Shown: positions 1 through 14,158 of the stretch, one piece after another
Layout of the letters: each line of letters starts with the position of its first letter
Position numbering within the stretch: position 1 is the stretch's first letter
Source: Anthoceros angustus
Taxonomy: Eukaryota > Plantae > Anthocerotophyta
Length of the DNA stretch: 64,000 nt
Reading direction: 5' to 3'
Assembly: GCA_010909165.1 (NCBI GenBank)
Contig: VJWM01000235.1
Location: forward strand, 124,001 to 188,000
Made by a program: the position numbers and the translations under genes
The notes under the pieces: model-generated
Seen by the model: the letters and a program-made list of their open reading frames with translations, nothing else
Databases searched by the model: none
Told to the model about the DNA's origin: nothing

Positions 1-2900
1 GAACGAGTTTGATGCCGATCGCCTCCAACCAACCTCGCGCATAGCTTCAACACACGGAAGTTCACACCAAATTGTCTCAAGAGAGACACTCAAGGGTCTC
101 TTATACATTCACCGTGGATTTCCACCACTCCTACCAGGTTCTAGAAAATATGGCCCACTACCACGCGCTCCTACCAATTCTGTAACTACACTCCGGGTCC
201 TCAAAACATCCTATCCTCTACCCCAAAAAGAAGCTCTGCCTATGATGTCGCTCCTCTAAAATCAGCGGGCCGCTGTTGCCGCTTAGCCTCGCGGCGGGGT
301 TCCTCGCCTCCGCCTCCGCCACGCCCGATCCGAGCGATTCTCCCCAAAACCTCCACCTCCACCGCCTGCAGCTTTTCGCTGCCTTCCCATGGGCGCCGCG
401 CCTATAGGCCCTATGCCCGTTATTCCGCCTCCTCATCGCCGGGACAGCCACACTGTGCTCCTCCCTCCACGCTCGGCCTCCGCCATTCCTCGATCACCAC
501 TTGGGGGTAGGCCCCCGCCTCCTGCTCGAAGAACCATCGTAAACGCCTGTGGCGGTCAAGATGTGCAGCCAATAGTTTCGCCTCCTGTCCCAACAACCAC
601 ATACACATTTAGAGTGAGCACCGCTCACCATGCAGGTTGTGGACATGAGCATCCTCATCCACGCAGCACAATACGCCTTCCGATATAGAGGTTCACCTCT
701 CCTCCGTGGACAATCCTGGGCCGGCTGGTTTCAGGACTGCCATCCCATCTGTCTGCTTGACTTCCCCACCTCGGTTCCTCCTTCCGCGACGGTGGCTTTA
801 GCCACCGTGGTGGTTTCCCCACGGGTGGCTTGCCATCGGCGTTGCCGTGGCTCGCCTTCTTCTTGGCTTGGCTCTCTTGACTCGGCCCTAGCTTCATCTC
901 TCTCGCTATATCTCTCCGCTTCTTGAATTTCTCCAGAGGCGCCATTGTTTCCATTTGCCCTCGGCTCGCGAGACCTCATCTTGAAGCTCAATTGTAGCAT
1001 GCCCCTTGACCTCGATTCACTAAGGCCTCCTGCTGGGTGGACATGGCCTTACCGCCTCGTTTTGCATAGGGCCGCCTCGCATTCCGTCTGCGCTCCTCGC
1101 CACCTTGTTCTCGCCTTCGGGCTCTCCAACTTCTCCTTGAGCAACTTTTCCTGGCTCGCACACCTGTGAGAGCCATGGTCACTGGTCGAGGAGATCCGCT
1201 CTCGAGCCATGGTCAAGTCGTGGCCTCGCAGATTCTCAATTGCTGCCGTGCCCATTCCTCCACACCGTGACGCGAGCGTGTCTGCCACTTCAGTTCACGG
1301 GTGAAATGTCGCCAAAATGTTCCGGAGTCTGTCATGACTTGGCTATCAAACTAACCCCTCTTCTTCTAGGGGTTGGTTTGCCACTACTTCCTCATCCGCC
1401 CCAATCTCCTAGCGGCGACTCCTCGCACCGAGAGGCACAACTTGTCGCTTCCTTTATTTTCTCCTCCTTCACTGCTCCGATTTCGACCGTGACCCTAGGT
1501 GTGTCAGGTTCCTCTTCGGGCGCCCTTCCCTTCTTCGCCGACGCTCTGCTGCCGCCGCCTCCGCTTGCCCTTGAAACCTCCCCACCTTCATCCGAATCTT
1601 CTAGGGAGGCGACTCAATCCCGGAATCCTTCCTAATCTTCCTTACACTCCTCCTCCTCTACCTTGAGTTCCCCGACCGGCCAGCTATGAAGGGCGACACG
1701 CCCAACTCCGCTAGACACAATGAATACATGAATTAGAAAAGGTGAAATCAAGGAGGGCCGAGGAAGGGAGAGCAAATTCGCCTCTCCTCAGCTGTCTCTC
1801 AAAGATCATCCGCCCCAATCGATTTGTGTACCTTTAACCACCTCATGAAGAAAGACCAGAAGTGGTCCGCCATATGATCCAACTTCCGATCAGAAACACA
1901 AAATCCACTTGGCTAATCCCACCACCGGCAGACACGAGTTGGCGAGTCACCCATCCATTGTTCACCCTCACTTCTCCAGCTTCATGAGCGCAGCCTCCTC
2001 GTGGTCTTTCTCCGGGGTCAATTACCAAGCTTCCATCCTCGATGCTTCTCGCCCATACATCGCCGAAAGAGTCCCAAATCCCGCTTTGCGGCCTCTTCCT
2101 CGCTCCTCTTGCAACTTGGTTCTCAATTGCCGGCGACTCTTGCACCAATGCTGTCAGAACACCATTTCTTCTCCATAAATTCCACCACCCCGCACCAGTC
2201 TGCCTCACCTTCCAAAGGGTCCATGTTGGGCCACCGCATGGTGGAATTTTCACGCGCCATCTCCTTTCTCCTTGTTTCAAAAGAAGACCCACCCGCAGAC
2301 GCCGAAAAGGGAACACCACCCTGCACGCCTCCTCCACTCCCGGGCGCTGCCTCCCTTTTCCTCCTTCCTTTCGCCAACGCCTGGTTTCCTTCCTCCGCCG
2401 CCACCGCTCACTGACCGACGCCTCCTACCGTGACAAAAACAGAGCTCCGCCAGAGCTGTATGCGCCTGGGCTTGCTGCAGCCCGCCTCCGACGCCTGCCT
2501 GAAATTCGCGACCTGGCCGGTGTGTGCCTCGCGCTTGCGCCCGACTGCCTGCGCCCGCCGCCACTAGGGTTGTAAACTCCCCACAGTGCATGCGTCCGTT
2601 CTTGACCACCGTGGTGGGCGGCTACCTCCCCGCTTGATCGCTGGCGCGATGTAGGCACCTAACATATATAGACACTTTCTTATTTCTAAAATCACCAAAA
2701 CCTAAGGACTCTATCTCCACCTATCCGGGTCGAAAACCTAAGGTTCAAAAGAAAATTATTATCCCAAGGGCCAAGGACCATTCTCGATAAAAGACCTTAC
2801 CCAGCGATTCTCAAAGCACTTTGCTATACAAACACTCCCAAAACAAAAAAAATCTCATCCCGACACTTTAGAGGGGTTAGTGTACATGTGGTCTTCCACA
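1..2900 (-). repeat. 3' LTR of element A (>2.9 kb, incomplete at window edge)
   Basis: Begins TGTGGAAGACCACATG just after the PPT. The reverse complement of 2900-2560 matches 5062-5400, and that of 360-1 matches 5640-6000 including TGTATAAGAG (107-98). About 2 kb between these has no counterpart in the element B LTRs. Confidence 0.8.
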
Positions 2901-5061
2901 TACTCCTTCTCATTTGTTGGCGCCTCGCCAACTTATTGGTAATACTTTTTAACTCGCCAACCGTTGACTCTAGTTGGCGGGCGATCCATTCAATCAGTCG
3001 GATAGATCCGTTGTCGAAAACCTCCAAGACTTTGTAGGGTCCCATCCACCTTAGATGTAACTTACCTGGAAAATGCATGTATCGGTTATCATACAATAAA
3101 GCCAGGTCTCCAGGAACAACATACTCTTGGCACTTCAGTCGCTTATCATGCCATTCTTTCCCCCTTTGCTGAACATCCCGCATAATTTGTAGCGCTTGCT
3201 CCCTGTTCTCCGTGTGTCTTACGAATCCGACCAACCTCTCCAACTGGCTTTCCTCCACAGGCATTCGACTTGGTTCTCGTACTCTGAGGGTGGGTACTTC
3301 GAACTCTATTGGCATGACGGGCGAATGTCCATATGTAAGGTAATACGGGGTCTGCTGCGTTGTCACCTTTTCCATGGGTTCGGTATGCCAAAGCGCCGAA
3401 TGCCATATCCCATATATGCATATATGAGCTTGGTTAATCTTGCACAACAAGCCGCTTGCCTTCTTCTGTCCCCATTGGCCTTTGGGTTGTAGGAGTGCGT
3501 GATCAACATTGAAGTGATCGGTCATATTAGAGATTACCCGATTGACGAATGCGACTCTATCACCGACCAGCCCAATGGGCAGCCATATCTAGTGATGATT
3601 TGCTCAAACAGAACTCGCCACCACGTCACGCCGAATATAGCTGCTTTGGCGCCCACCATCCGTGTACAGTAATCTGTGGCTACCAGGATGTATTGGTTTT
3701 GGCGGGTCTTGGTTTTGGGCTGGATGGGCCCGACAAAATCGATCCCCCATTTCTCGAATGGTGCCAGTGCAAGTATGGGGACAAGGGGCCATTGAGTTGT
3801 TGCTGTTGGCTTGCCGACTCTTTGACAAGCGTCACAGCGCTTTACGAATTCCTTGGCATCCTTGTACATTGTAGGCCACCAATAGCCAGCCTCCAGAATT
3901 TTCCTGCAAGTGACATGCGCGGCATAATGGCCCCGCCTCCTCCTCGTGTAATGAGCTCAGGACTCTGCTTGCCTGCTTGGTGCGTGCCCATAACCGCTCC
4001 CTGCCATCCGGACCCACTCGGTATAAGTTCATACTGTGCCGTGTAAGTGGTCTTGAGTAGTGGACGAGCGCCTGTTTCTGTGCTTTGGGAAGATGTGGAG
4101 GGATTTGACCGTGCCTGATAATCATAAATCTCCGATATGTTGGTCTAAACCTCCTCCCTTCTCAATCGGCTCTCCACCCTTATTTCCTTCCGAACCGGTT
4201 CTTGCCTCACGCTTGCCTTCACAAAACAATGTCTCATCGGAAAATCATCTTCCTGGTTTCGCCCACCGCTCTTGTCAAGCGATATGAAGTCGGCGTTGAC
4301 ATGCTTCCCGCCTCTCGCTCTACCGTGGAAAGAAAACTCCAAAGAAGATCCAACGGCTATCCGTCCCGAAAGGTCAGGTTTATTCACAAGGTGTTTCAAG
4401 GCAAAGTGATCAACGTGAAACACAAACTCATATGAGAGGAGGTAGTGTCTGAATTTCCTGACCGAGTAAATCATTCCCTGCTTCGGCCCGTGGTGGTATA
4501 CTTGCCCAAGGTCCGCTAGTTGTCCGCCGCATAGTAGATCGGAAAATCCTTCTTCTTCTCATCCCCGCTAAGGACCGATCCAATTGCAAATGCCGAAACA
4601 TCAACGAAAACATGGAATTTCTTACTCCGGGCCTCTTAGCGGAGGCCAGTGTCGCGGCGCAGTCCCGAATGCGCCTCCTGCTCCATCGTCCATTCCCACT
4701 TTGATCCTTCCTCAACAAGCTCGTTAGTGGGCAGCCCGCTATAAATTTGGGACGAAACGCCTGTAATACCCACCATTCCTGTGAACCCACGGAGTTCTTC
4801 AGCGTTGAAGGCGCCCTAAGGGTGGCTATGACCTTTACCTTGTCTCGATCGTCTATGCCTCGCTTGAACTGGCGCCCCACAGAATCCTCTTCCGACATGC
4901 CAAAGTAGCACTTTCCGGATGCGTGCATAATTGCGTGGTTCGACACCGCTCCAGACACTTTGAGGTGCATAAATGGTCCTGATGAGCCCCAACACGATGG
5001 TCCCAAGAAAACTTCCATAAAGTCCCTAAGGAAGTCCTTGAAGATCTTGGACGATGGTTCG
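1..5061 (-). mobile_element. Ty3/Gypsy LTR retrotransposon A, 3' part (end of RT, RNaseH, integrase, PPT, 3' LTR running off the window edge)
   Basis: Minus-strand fragments: 'KIFKDFLRDFMEVFL' (RT, ~5060-5005), 'YSVRKFRHYLLSYEFVFHVDHFALKHLVNKPDLSGRI' (RNaseH, 4145-4474), '[17 protein letters not shown]...[12 protein letters not shown]...YILVATDY' (integrase, 3534-3869), 'TPYYLTYGHSPVMPIEF...GKLHLRWMGPYKV' (2824-3525). PPT GAGAAGGAG at 2911-2903, LTR start TGTGGAAGACC at 2900. Many frameshifts. Confidence 0.93.
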
Positions 5062-6694
5062 TGTGAAGACCACATGTGAACCAACCCTCGCCTCAAGTGT
5101 CAGGTGAACGATTTTTTGTTTTAAAAGAACAGCGTGAGTGCTTTGAGAATCTGCCTCGAGTCCCTTTATACGGAATGTTCTTGGCCTTGGAGATAATAAT
5201 TTTTCGACCCTTAGGGTTTGACCCAGGGTGGGGTAGAAATAGAGTCCTTGGGCATTGGGAATTTTAGAATAAAAGGTGTCTATATATGCTAGGGATGCTC
5301 ACAATATGCCACAGCCAGCGAAGGTCAAGTGGGTGGTGGCGGAAGTTCCCACCACGGTGGCGGGGCTGCACTGTGGAATTTACAACCCTAGTGGCGGAGG
5401 CGGGACTACCATCTCGGAGGCGAACCGGGCAGGAGCACCCAAAGACCGGGCGAGGTCGCGACTTTCCGGAGGGCGAGCGGAGCCGCAGCAAGAGGGCCAC
5501 ATCAGTACCACGCCACGCTGTGCCAAGTCACCGCCTCACTGCAGAGGAGGCGCCGGACGATCAGGCTGGAGGAGAGAAATCGGCGCTGCAAGTTCGGGCG
5601 AGGAGGCGGGAAGGAGCGCGAGGGAAATTCAAAAGGAGAGCGAGGTGGAGGTTGTGGGGAAAATCGCTCGGATCAGGCGAGGTCAAGAGCGAGAGGGGTC
5701 CCCATGGGCCGAGGGGCGAGGCAAAGAATCGCGAGGCGGCATGATTTTAGGAGAGTCGCGATAGCCTAGGACCGGGTTTTTCGTGCGAGAGGATAGGGAG
5801 TTCCATCACCAGAGCCGTTGTTGCTTAGATTGGTAAGGCGCCGTGGTAGGAGCTACAATTTTAGACACTAAAGAGAAGTGAGGGGACCACGCCGATGTAT
5901 AAGAGACCTCCGGGTGTCTCAAGGCGCAGACGATTTCGTGTGAACTTCCGTATCGAACCGCCGAGTGGGGTTGATTGAGACGTCCGTCAAGATCAAACGC
6001 CCGCGCACCGCCTTCTCGGGTCACAAGAAGGCCGGAAGATCTCGATGGTCGAGAGCGGAGTGGCCAAGCTCCACGCCTGGGTAACGGAAGGCGGGCCACG
6101 AAAAGAGGTAGGATCGCCGCGACCGAGGCGGAACCGCCGGAAGGCGAATCGCCTGCCGCCGGGTTTTTCCCGATCCTCTTCCAACCGCTGCCACTGTGTG
6201 TTCATTCCATGAGGAGGGGTCTGTGGCCCAAGGAGGGTCTGTGGCCCAAGGGAAAAGGGGTCTGTGGCCCGTGAGACGAGAGAGAGTTCATTGGAAGGGA
6301 AAGGTTCCTGAGGAGTAGTTGTGCTACCGGGAGGATTGTGAGCGTGTGAGGGAAAATCAAACGCGAGGGGAGTGAAGTGAGGTAGGATCGCAAATTGTAA
6401 GGTGAGGCGCCTTAGGTGTCCGATAGCCCCTAGGTCCGTGTTAGAGAAGTGACGAATAGACTCGAAGGCGGCGATGTGGGGCCCGCCACGGCCGAACCGC
6501 CACGGTGGCCGAGTCTACCACGGTGGTGGGTTTGGGCAAGGTAGCTGGAGAAGGTGAGGTAGCGAGTAGGTCTAGAATCCATAGATTTAGCACACCTTGA
6601 CACAACACCATTCCCTTGGGATCGAATCCTAGGACTATAACGACATAGAGGGTAAATGTGGCCTCTTTGCCTTCGATGCAAAACCCATTCCACA
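5062..6694 (+). repeat. 5' LTR of element B
   Basis: Termini TGTGAAGACC...CCATTCCACA. Colinear with 12490-14158. TATA-like TGTATAAGAG at 5896-5905. Confidence 0.92.
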
Positions 6695-6697
6695 TTT

Positions 6698-6709
6698 TGG
6701 CGCCGGGAA
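6698..6709 (+). promoter_or_regulatory. Primer-binding site of element B (TGGCGCC..., degenerate tRNA-Asp/Athila-type)
   Basis: TGGCGCCGGGAA starts 3 nt after the LTR end and resembles the Athila-type PBS TGGCGCCGTTGCCGGGGA with an internal deletion. Confidence 0.7.
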
Positions 6710-9700
6710 TGAAATCACAAGGTTATAGGGGACTAACCATAGCTTAGGTGTCTAGTTTTGGAGTGTATCTAGTTAGGTAGATGGATGCCACGGGTTGAGT
6801 CGAGGGTTCGAGTCAAGTCGGACGGAAGGCCACACGAGAAGCGACAACGCCAAGCAATCGGAAAGGTTAAAAGGGTTGCAAAACCGCGAGTTGAGGAGGG
6901 TCCACCGGAAGACGCACTTGGAAGGAGAAGGAGGTAAGGAAGCAACTGGACGGGGTCCGATCTTGTTGGAGCAAGATCCCCAACCTCGGACTTGGACGAG
7001 GTACCACCGCCAAGGAACCTCGGACCAATTCCATCCACTCTCTTCCAAAAGTGTGCATCTGGAGATCAATCGACTCGCAGAACCGTTGTTGGACCAACCA
7101 CCGCGAATCAAGAACGATAGTCATGACCACCACCACACGGTGGTGGTCACCACCAAGCAACCTTATCTGGAGAGGGAAGGGTATGAAGACCCGATGAATT
7201 TGTTGAGCGCTTTGAGCACCGACATTTGCAAACCAGAAGCGGAGATGCCAACAGATTCCTTGTTCTATGGAGTTCTTCGGGGGTCCAGGAAGTGGTATAG
7301 GCGAATACCTCAAGTCACCACACCTCCAAAGAACCTATGAAGAATTAAAACCGCCTCGTGAAAGGTCTGGGGGGCTTGACGAGAGGGATACGTGTTGTCC
7401 AAGCTTGAAAACCCAGAGAGGAAAGAAGGAAACCTTGCAGCGTGTGGAGAGGTTTCACACCACGCGATCAAGTGGCCCTCACTGAGTGCAATACGGTGGT
7501 TCGCTAAAGGCCTGGGTTCTAAGATGGGGAGACACGTAAGGTTACAAGCGGAGAAGAATTTGGGCAAGGCTATCAAGGCGGCGCTAAACTATGAGGAATC
7601 CAACCCGCAAGGGAGGAGGAAGGCTAAGAAGGAGAAGAAGAAGCCTGTGGCTGGAAAAAGAAGGATTCCTCATCCTCCTCAAGGAAGTTCATCGGTGAAA
7701 GCTCCACAGAAGATTCCATGAAAGTTCCTGAGGAGGAAACGAGTGACAGTGGAGGAAGCGCCATCGATGAGGAGCGCAAATGGAAAAAGAAAATGAAGGG
7801 TCGTGCACGGACAACAAGGAGCCGGCAAACAGAGGCGGCGTACAAGAAGGACGCGAACAAGGAGAGGGAGGCCGAGCCAAGAAAGTAGAACAACAGGGAA
7901 CAAGATGGAGGAGATGATGGCAAAATTCGAGAAATTCCATCTTAATGCGGTCAAGGAACATGAGAGGCGGAGAGTCACGAACCCACGAGCCAACCTCTTC
8001 GCTCAACGTGGGCAGCAGGGACACTCCAAAGCTAATTGTCCGACGACAAGGGTACACCGGGATATGAGGAAGAGGAGGAAGAGGGTCCGTGGAAGATACA
8101 TAGATCCGGAGGTTCACAACCCAAGTGTACCCAAAGACCATGTACCCCAACCCACGTAATTCCACGGGTAGGCGTCAGAATCACCGCGGGTAACAATCCA
8201 ATGGGCACCGCCTTGTGCTATAATTGTCGCAACCTTGGACACTATGCATACCGCCTTATCCAACTCTCAAGGCAATGGAGATTTTGATAAACTATGTCAA
8301 GATTGTAGCAAGCAGGGCATTTGGCGGTGAAGTGTGCTCGCCAAAGCCCCAAAGACGGTGTGAGGATCGCACCACCCAACGGAGTTCACCAACCCAAGTC
8401 CGGTCCGCCATGCATGTTGAGGACGCACTTATGGCGGGGATGGGGAGAGATTGGAACCCCGAGGAGCTTGAGGGATTAGACGCAGAGGGAAGCGATTATT
8501 ATGGGGAAGCCTCGCCATGGTCGTTAGAACAAGGAGCACAAAAGCAAAAGAGAGGCGACGGGGAAAAAGAAGAAGGAGGCGGATACGACCACGGGATCGG
8601 ATGAGGGAGAGAGTGTCGCCACCATGGAAATACCAACACCGGAACGCCAAAGACGAAACAAGTCCCGCGGTGACTTGGCGGATGGACCATATGTGCAAAA
8701 GAGTGATGCAATGAGACTGAGTGTTCCAGAAAGGTGAATGAAGGGTCAGAAGCGTCAAGGGGTGGAACCCACCGATTTCAGAGAGAACCGAGTTAGGGTT
8801 TCCACCGGACGACGGGTGAAGTCATGGATATGATACAAGAAGAATTGGCAAGGAGGCTACGGGGAAAAGGGGGTGTCGATTTCCACCCTGTGGGAGTCCA
8901 CCACCCCACCGGAAGGGCCACCGTACCCCAAGTCATGACGAACCGGAACCCACACCAACCAAATCGGATGGTAGAGGTCGGCCACCGCTTTTCAATCTCG
9001 CCGAGGCCATCATGGACCAACATTTCATGATCACATTCGGACAACTCCGAGACAATCCGCGGTATAGGCAACAGATCGAGGGCGTTAAAAGAGGCGCAAC
9101 CCAAAAGAGGCGCAATGTTATACCAGGCCGCCGCATGTGAACTTGGTATCCATGGTGGATCAAGGCCCACCAACCTGTGGAAATTGGGATGTGTCATCAA
9201 GGAGTGCCTCTCGACACTGGTAAATATTATGACGTAAGACACGGCTAGGAAATTGGGCTTGGATATTGAACATACTACCAAGGTTTTGCGGCTAGCCGAC
9301 ATGTCCGTAATGGTGCCGGGGAACCGAGGGTGCTAACGACCATTGGAACCATCCCCTACTTGATGGATTATGTAGTCATCCAAAGAAAATCGCTGTACGA
9401 CGTCCTAATTGGCCGAACATGGATGTACCGCAATGCACGCCAAGTGGGGCGGAAGGAAGTCGGTTTTAAACCGCTGGAATGGGATCCCAAGACCAAGGAG
9501 GGAAGGATGTGCCTATCGTGGAGTAAGGACATGTATGCGTGAAACTCCAATCAAAATGAGGGTACACCTCAGAGGACACGTCCGGGAGATGAAGAGGAAG
9601 ATAGGTTCCGTCGCACATCTCATGGTCCGATGAGGAGCGGACTACCGCAGATATCCCATATACAATTAACCCGAGGGTCGTTACGGGTAACCGCCGAATG

Positions 9701-12477
9701 CTCCGCAAGGGGTCCGGCGGGATTCGAAGCAGTGGAGAAAGCCGGAGGAGGCGCCACGCAGTTCACGTGGAGGATTTGTTTAGGGAATGGGGCATGAGAG
9801 AAGAGGAACCGGGAGCCAAGAAGGATTCGGGTTAGCACCGCACCAGAGAGCGAGTGGGTACAGTGATGAAGTCAAGGACGTTGAGGTTCTTCCGTGGTGC
9901 TCAAATTCTCCGAACAATGGATGCGGCGTTGGAGGAAGGAATGAAGCAACCGCTGCGTAATTTATCGATGTTTTCGCCTTCGAGGTAACGACATGAAGGG
10001 ATCCCCAAAGAATGGGGCGAGCATAGGATTGACTGGAACCGTGGAGCAATCCGAAGGATTCCACAAGACAAGTTAACCAAGTACTCCTCAAGGTAAAGGA
10101 TCGCTTGGAGATGTACCTCAAGGACGTGATCTATCCTATAGTCAATACCGAATGGGTGGCTCCAATAGTGGTAGTACCTAAGAGGCGCTGTGCAAAATCC
10201 GAGTTTGTCGATCGGAGAAGGTTGAATAAGGTCACCAAGAAGGATCACTTTCCGCTACCCTTCATCGATAATATCCTCGGATCCGTCGCAGTGTAATGGC
10301 GATTCATTCCTAGAGCATCGGGTATAATCACCGCACCTTAGGGAGAGCGATTGGCCTCGACCGCTTTTACAACCGATCGGGGACATATGCTTATGACGGT
10401 TGACGGAGCACCGGGTCCTTCATGCGAGCCATCGCAAAATTTTCAAGGACTTCCTCGCGACTTTATGGAAGTTTTCCGGACGACTGCGATTCAGCTGGAC
10501 CATCCGCACCTCGAAGTGCCCGAGCCGAGCACGCAATTATGCTCGCATCCGTAAAAGTGCTACCGCATGTCGAGGAATTCGCTAGCATCGAATTTCAAGC
10601 CGAGGTATAGAAGTAGATCCGGACAAGGTAAAGGTCATCGCCACCCTTAGAGCACCAATAACGCTAAAGGAACTCCGCGGTTCCCGGGATGGTCGGGTAT
10701 TATAGACGCTTGCTCCAAATTTCGCCAAGCGGCGCCCACTAACGAGCTTGTTAAGGAAGGATCGAATGGGAGTGGACGACGAACGGGAGGAAGCATTTCG
10801 TGACTTACGCACCACATCGCTACAGCCCCACGCTAAAAGGACCGGATCGAGTAAGAAGTTCCACGCTGCTGATGTTTCAGATTTGCAATTGGGCTCCCCA
10901 GCTGGGATGAGAAGAAGAAGGATTTTCCGATCTACTATGCCGGAGACAACTAACGGACGCGAGCGAAAGTATACCACCACGGAGCCAAGCACCGGGAATG
11001 GTTTACTCGGTCGTGAAATTCGACACTACCTCCTCTCGTATGAATTTGTGTTCCATGTTGACCACTTTGCCTTGAAACACCTTGTGAATAAACTCGACCT
11101 TCGGAATAGCACTGGATCTTGCCGCTGGAGTTTACCTTCACGGAAACGAGAGGGTAGGAAGCATATCAATGCCGACTTCATATCTCGATTGAAAACAGGA
11201 AGGTGGAAAACCACCGTGAAGACGACTTTCCCGATGAGACACTGTTTTCAGGAGTTGCAAACCAACCAAAGTGAAGCCTGGAAGGAGGGAGCCAAGATCG
11301 ATTGAGAAGGGAGGGTGGCTTCAAGACCAACATATCGAGATATACGATTATCTTGGCACGGCCAAATTCCTCCACATCTATCCAAGACATGAAAAGCGTC
11401 CACTACTCCACCATTCATCTACACAATAACATGAATTTATACCGAGTCCCCGGACGGCGAGCAGTACGCATGCGGTGTGAGCGGAGTCCCGAGCTTTTAC
11501 ACGAAGAAGAGGGAGGTCATTATGCCGCATGTCACATGAAAATTTTGAGGTCTATTGGTGGCCTACAATGTACAAGGATGCTGGAGTTCGTGAAGCCGTG
11601 ACGCCAAAGGGTCGGCAAGCCAACAAAGAACAACCCAATGGCCCCTTGTCCCCATACTTGCACCGCACCATTCGAGAAATGGGGAATCGATTTTGTCGAC
11701 CTATCCCAAAACCAAGGCTCGCCAAAACCAATACATCCCGGTGGCCAGACATCAGACGCTGGATGGTAGAAGCACGCACCGGTAGATTCGGGCGCACGCC
11801 GAGCGATTCTGCTCGAGCAAATCATCACCGATATGGCTGCTCACTGGAGCGGTCAGAGGAACACATTTCTCAATCGTAATCTCAACATGACCAACCACTT
11901 CAACGCCGCCACGAAGTCCACGCCTTTATAACCCAAAAGCCAATCCGATTAAAAGGCAAATGGCTTGTTGTGCAAGATCCTAACCAAACTCACCGCTATG
12001 CGTATGATCGATATGAAATGCATTCAAGACTGTGGGCGACTGGATCATGAAAAGGTGACAACGCAGAAACTCAGATTATCTTACTTACGGCATTCGTCAT
12101 GCCAATAGAATTCAAGTTCCCACCGAGAATACAGGAACCAAGTCGAATGGGAGGAAAGTCATTGGAAAGGTTGGTGGGTTTCAGACACACGGAGGAGAGA
12201 ACAAGCCTCCAAGTTATGCGGGATGTCCAAAGAGGAGGAAGGAGTGGCACGACAAGAGATTGAAGGCCAAGAATACGTTGTTCCCGGGATCCGCTTTACT
12301 ATACGATAACCGATACATGCACTTCTGTAAATTACATCTCGATGGATGGGGCCCTTCGTAGTTTGAAGTTTTCGACAACGGATCAATTCAACTCAAGATT
12401 TTAGTGGCTCACCGCCAACGCCAACGGTTGGCGGGTCAAGAAATATTACCAATAAGTTGGCGAGGACGCCAACAAAT

Positions 12478-12487
12478 GAGAAGGGAG
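12478..12487 (+). promoter_or_regulatory. Polypurine tract of element B
   Basis: GAGAAGGGAG lies 2 nt upstream of the 3' LTR TG. The same arrangement occurs in element A. Confidence 0.8.
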
Positions 12488-12489
12488 TA

Positions 12490-14158
12490 TGTGAAGACCA
12501 CATGTGAACTAACCCCGCCTCCAAGTGTCGTGGTGAACGATTTTTTTGTTTTGGGTGTTAGAATAGAGTGCTTTGAGAATCGTCCGAGTCGGTCTTTTAT
12601 ACGGAATGGTCCTTGGCCCTTGGAGATAATAATAATTTTTCGACCCTTAGGTTTGACCCCGAGGGGTGGGGTAGAAATAGAGTCCTTGGGTATTGGGAAT
12701 TTTAGAATAAAAGGTGTCTATATATGCTAGGGATGCTCACAATATGCCAGCTTGTGTAGTCAAGGGGTGGTGGCTAGTTCCACCACGGTGGCCGAGAAAC
12801 GGACGCATGCACTGTGGAATTTACAACCCTAGTGGCGGAGCGGACTACCACACCGGAGCGAATCGGGAGAAGGCACACCCAAGACCGCGAGGTCGCGACT
12901 TTCCGTGAGGGGGAATGAGCGGAGCAGAAGAGGGGCGCGCTGCACCACGACGCCAGCAAATCCACCGCCTCACTGCAGGAGGAAAGGGCGCACGATCGTG
13001 CAGCGGGCGGCGGAGGAGAGAAATCGCCGCAAGTTCGCGAGGAGGCGTGGAAGGAGCGCGCGAGGGAAATTCAGGGAGAGGTGGAGGTGTGGGGAAAATC
13101 GCTTGGACGTAGACGAGGCCAAGAGCAGAGGGGTCCCCCAATGAGGGCGAGGCAAAGAATCGCGAGGCGCAGTCTACTGATTTTAGGAGAGTCGCGATAG
13201 CCTAGGACCGGTTTTTCGTGTGAGAGGATAGGGAGTTCCATCACCGAGAGCCGTTGTTGCTTAGATTGCAGGCGCCGTGGTAGGAGCTACAATTTTAGAC
13301 ACTTAAAGAGAAGTGAGCCGTGCTGGACCACAGATGTATAAGAGACCTCCGTGTCTCTAAAGGCGACGATTTCGTGTGAACTTCCGTGTGTCGAACTGTG
13401 TGGGGTTGATTGGAGACGCACAAGATCAAACGGCACCAAGACCGCCTTCTCGGGTTACAAGAAGGCCGGAAGATCTGGTGGTCGAGAGCGAGTGGCCAAG
13501 CTCCACCGTAACGGAATGGCAGCGCCGCCGAAAAGAGGTAGGACGCCGCGGACGGGCCGAGGCGGAACCGCCGGAAGGCGAATCGCCCAAGCAAGCGCCG
13601 GCCTTTTTCCTAATCCTCTTTACCAACCGCCGCCACTGTGTGTTCTATTCCATGAGGGAGGGGTCCTGTGGTGGCCCAAGGAGAGGTCCTGTGTGGGACC
13701 CAAGGAGGGGTCCGTGTGGCCTGTGAGACGAGAGAGAGTTCATTAGAAGGGAAAGACTCTGAGGAGTGTTACTGAGGAAATTGTGAGAGCGATGAGGGAA
13801 AGCTCAAACGCTGTAGGGGAGTGAAAGCCAGAGGTAGGATCGCAAATTTCCAAGAAGGTGAGGCGCCTTTAGGTGTCCATAGCCCATAGGTCCGTGGTTA
13901 GAGAAGCTTGACGACCAGACTCGCTGGAAGGGCGTGCGTGGTGGGCCCGCCATGTTTAACCGCCATCATGTACGAGTCCACCACTGGTGGGTTTGGGCAA
14001 GGTAGCCGAGAAGGTGAGGTAGGGCCACGGGCGGTGTCTAGAATCCAGATTTAGCACACCTTGACACAACACCATTCCTTTGGGATCGAACTTAGGACTA
14101 TAACGACATAGAGGGTAATGGCCTCTTTATGCCTTCGATGCAAAACCCATTCCATACA
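12490..14158 (+). repeat. 3' LTR of element B
   Basis: Direct repeat of 5062-6694, starting TGTGAAGACCACATGTG and ending AAACCCATTCCATACA. Confidence 0.92.

Larger units (their letters stand above)
5062..14158 (+). mobile_element. Full-length Ty3/Gypsy LTR retrotransposon B (Athila/Tat-like PBS), frameshifted gag-pol
   Basis: Two ~1.65 kb LTRs, PBS, gag with zinc knuckle 'CYNCRNLGHYA' (~8215-8250), protease region (~9150-9430, 'YDVLIGRTW'), RT ('EWVAPIVVVPK', 'LNKVTKKDHFPLPFIDNIL', ~9950-10620), RNaseH (~10850-11180), integrase (~11480-12400), PPT. The order PR-RT-RH-INT is that of Gypsy. Confidence 0.95.

Noticed and set aside
5057-5061. Target-site duplication for element B
   Set aside because: The left flank GTTCG is not repeated at the right end. 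Nesting is supported by RT continuity instead.
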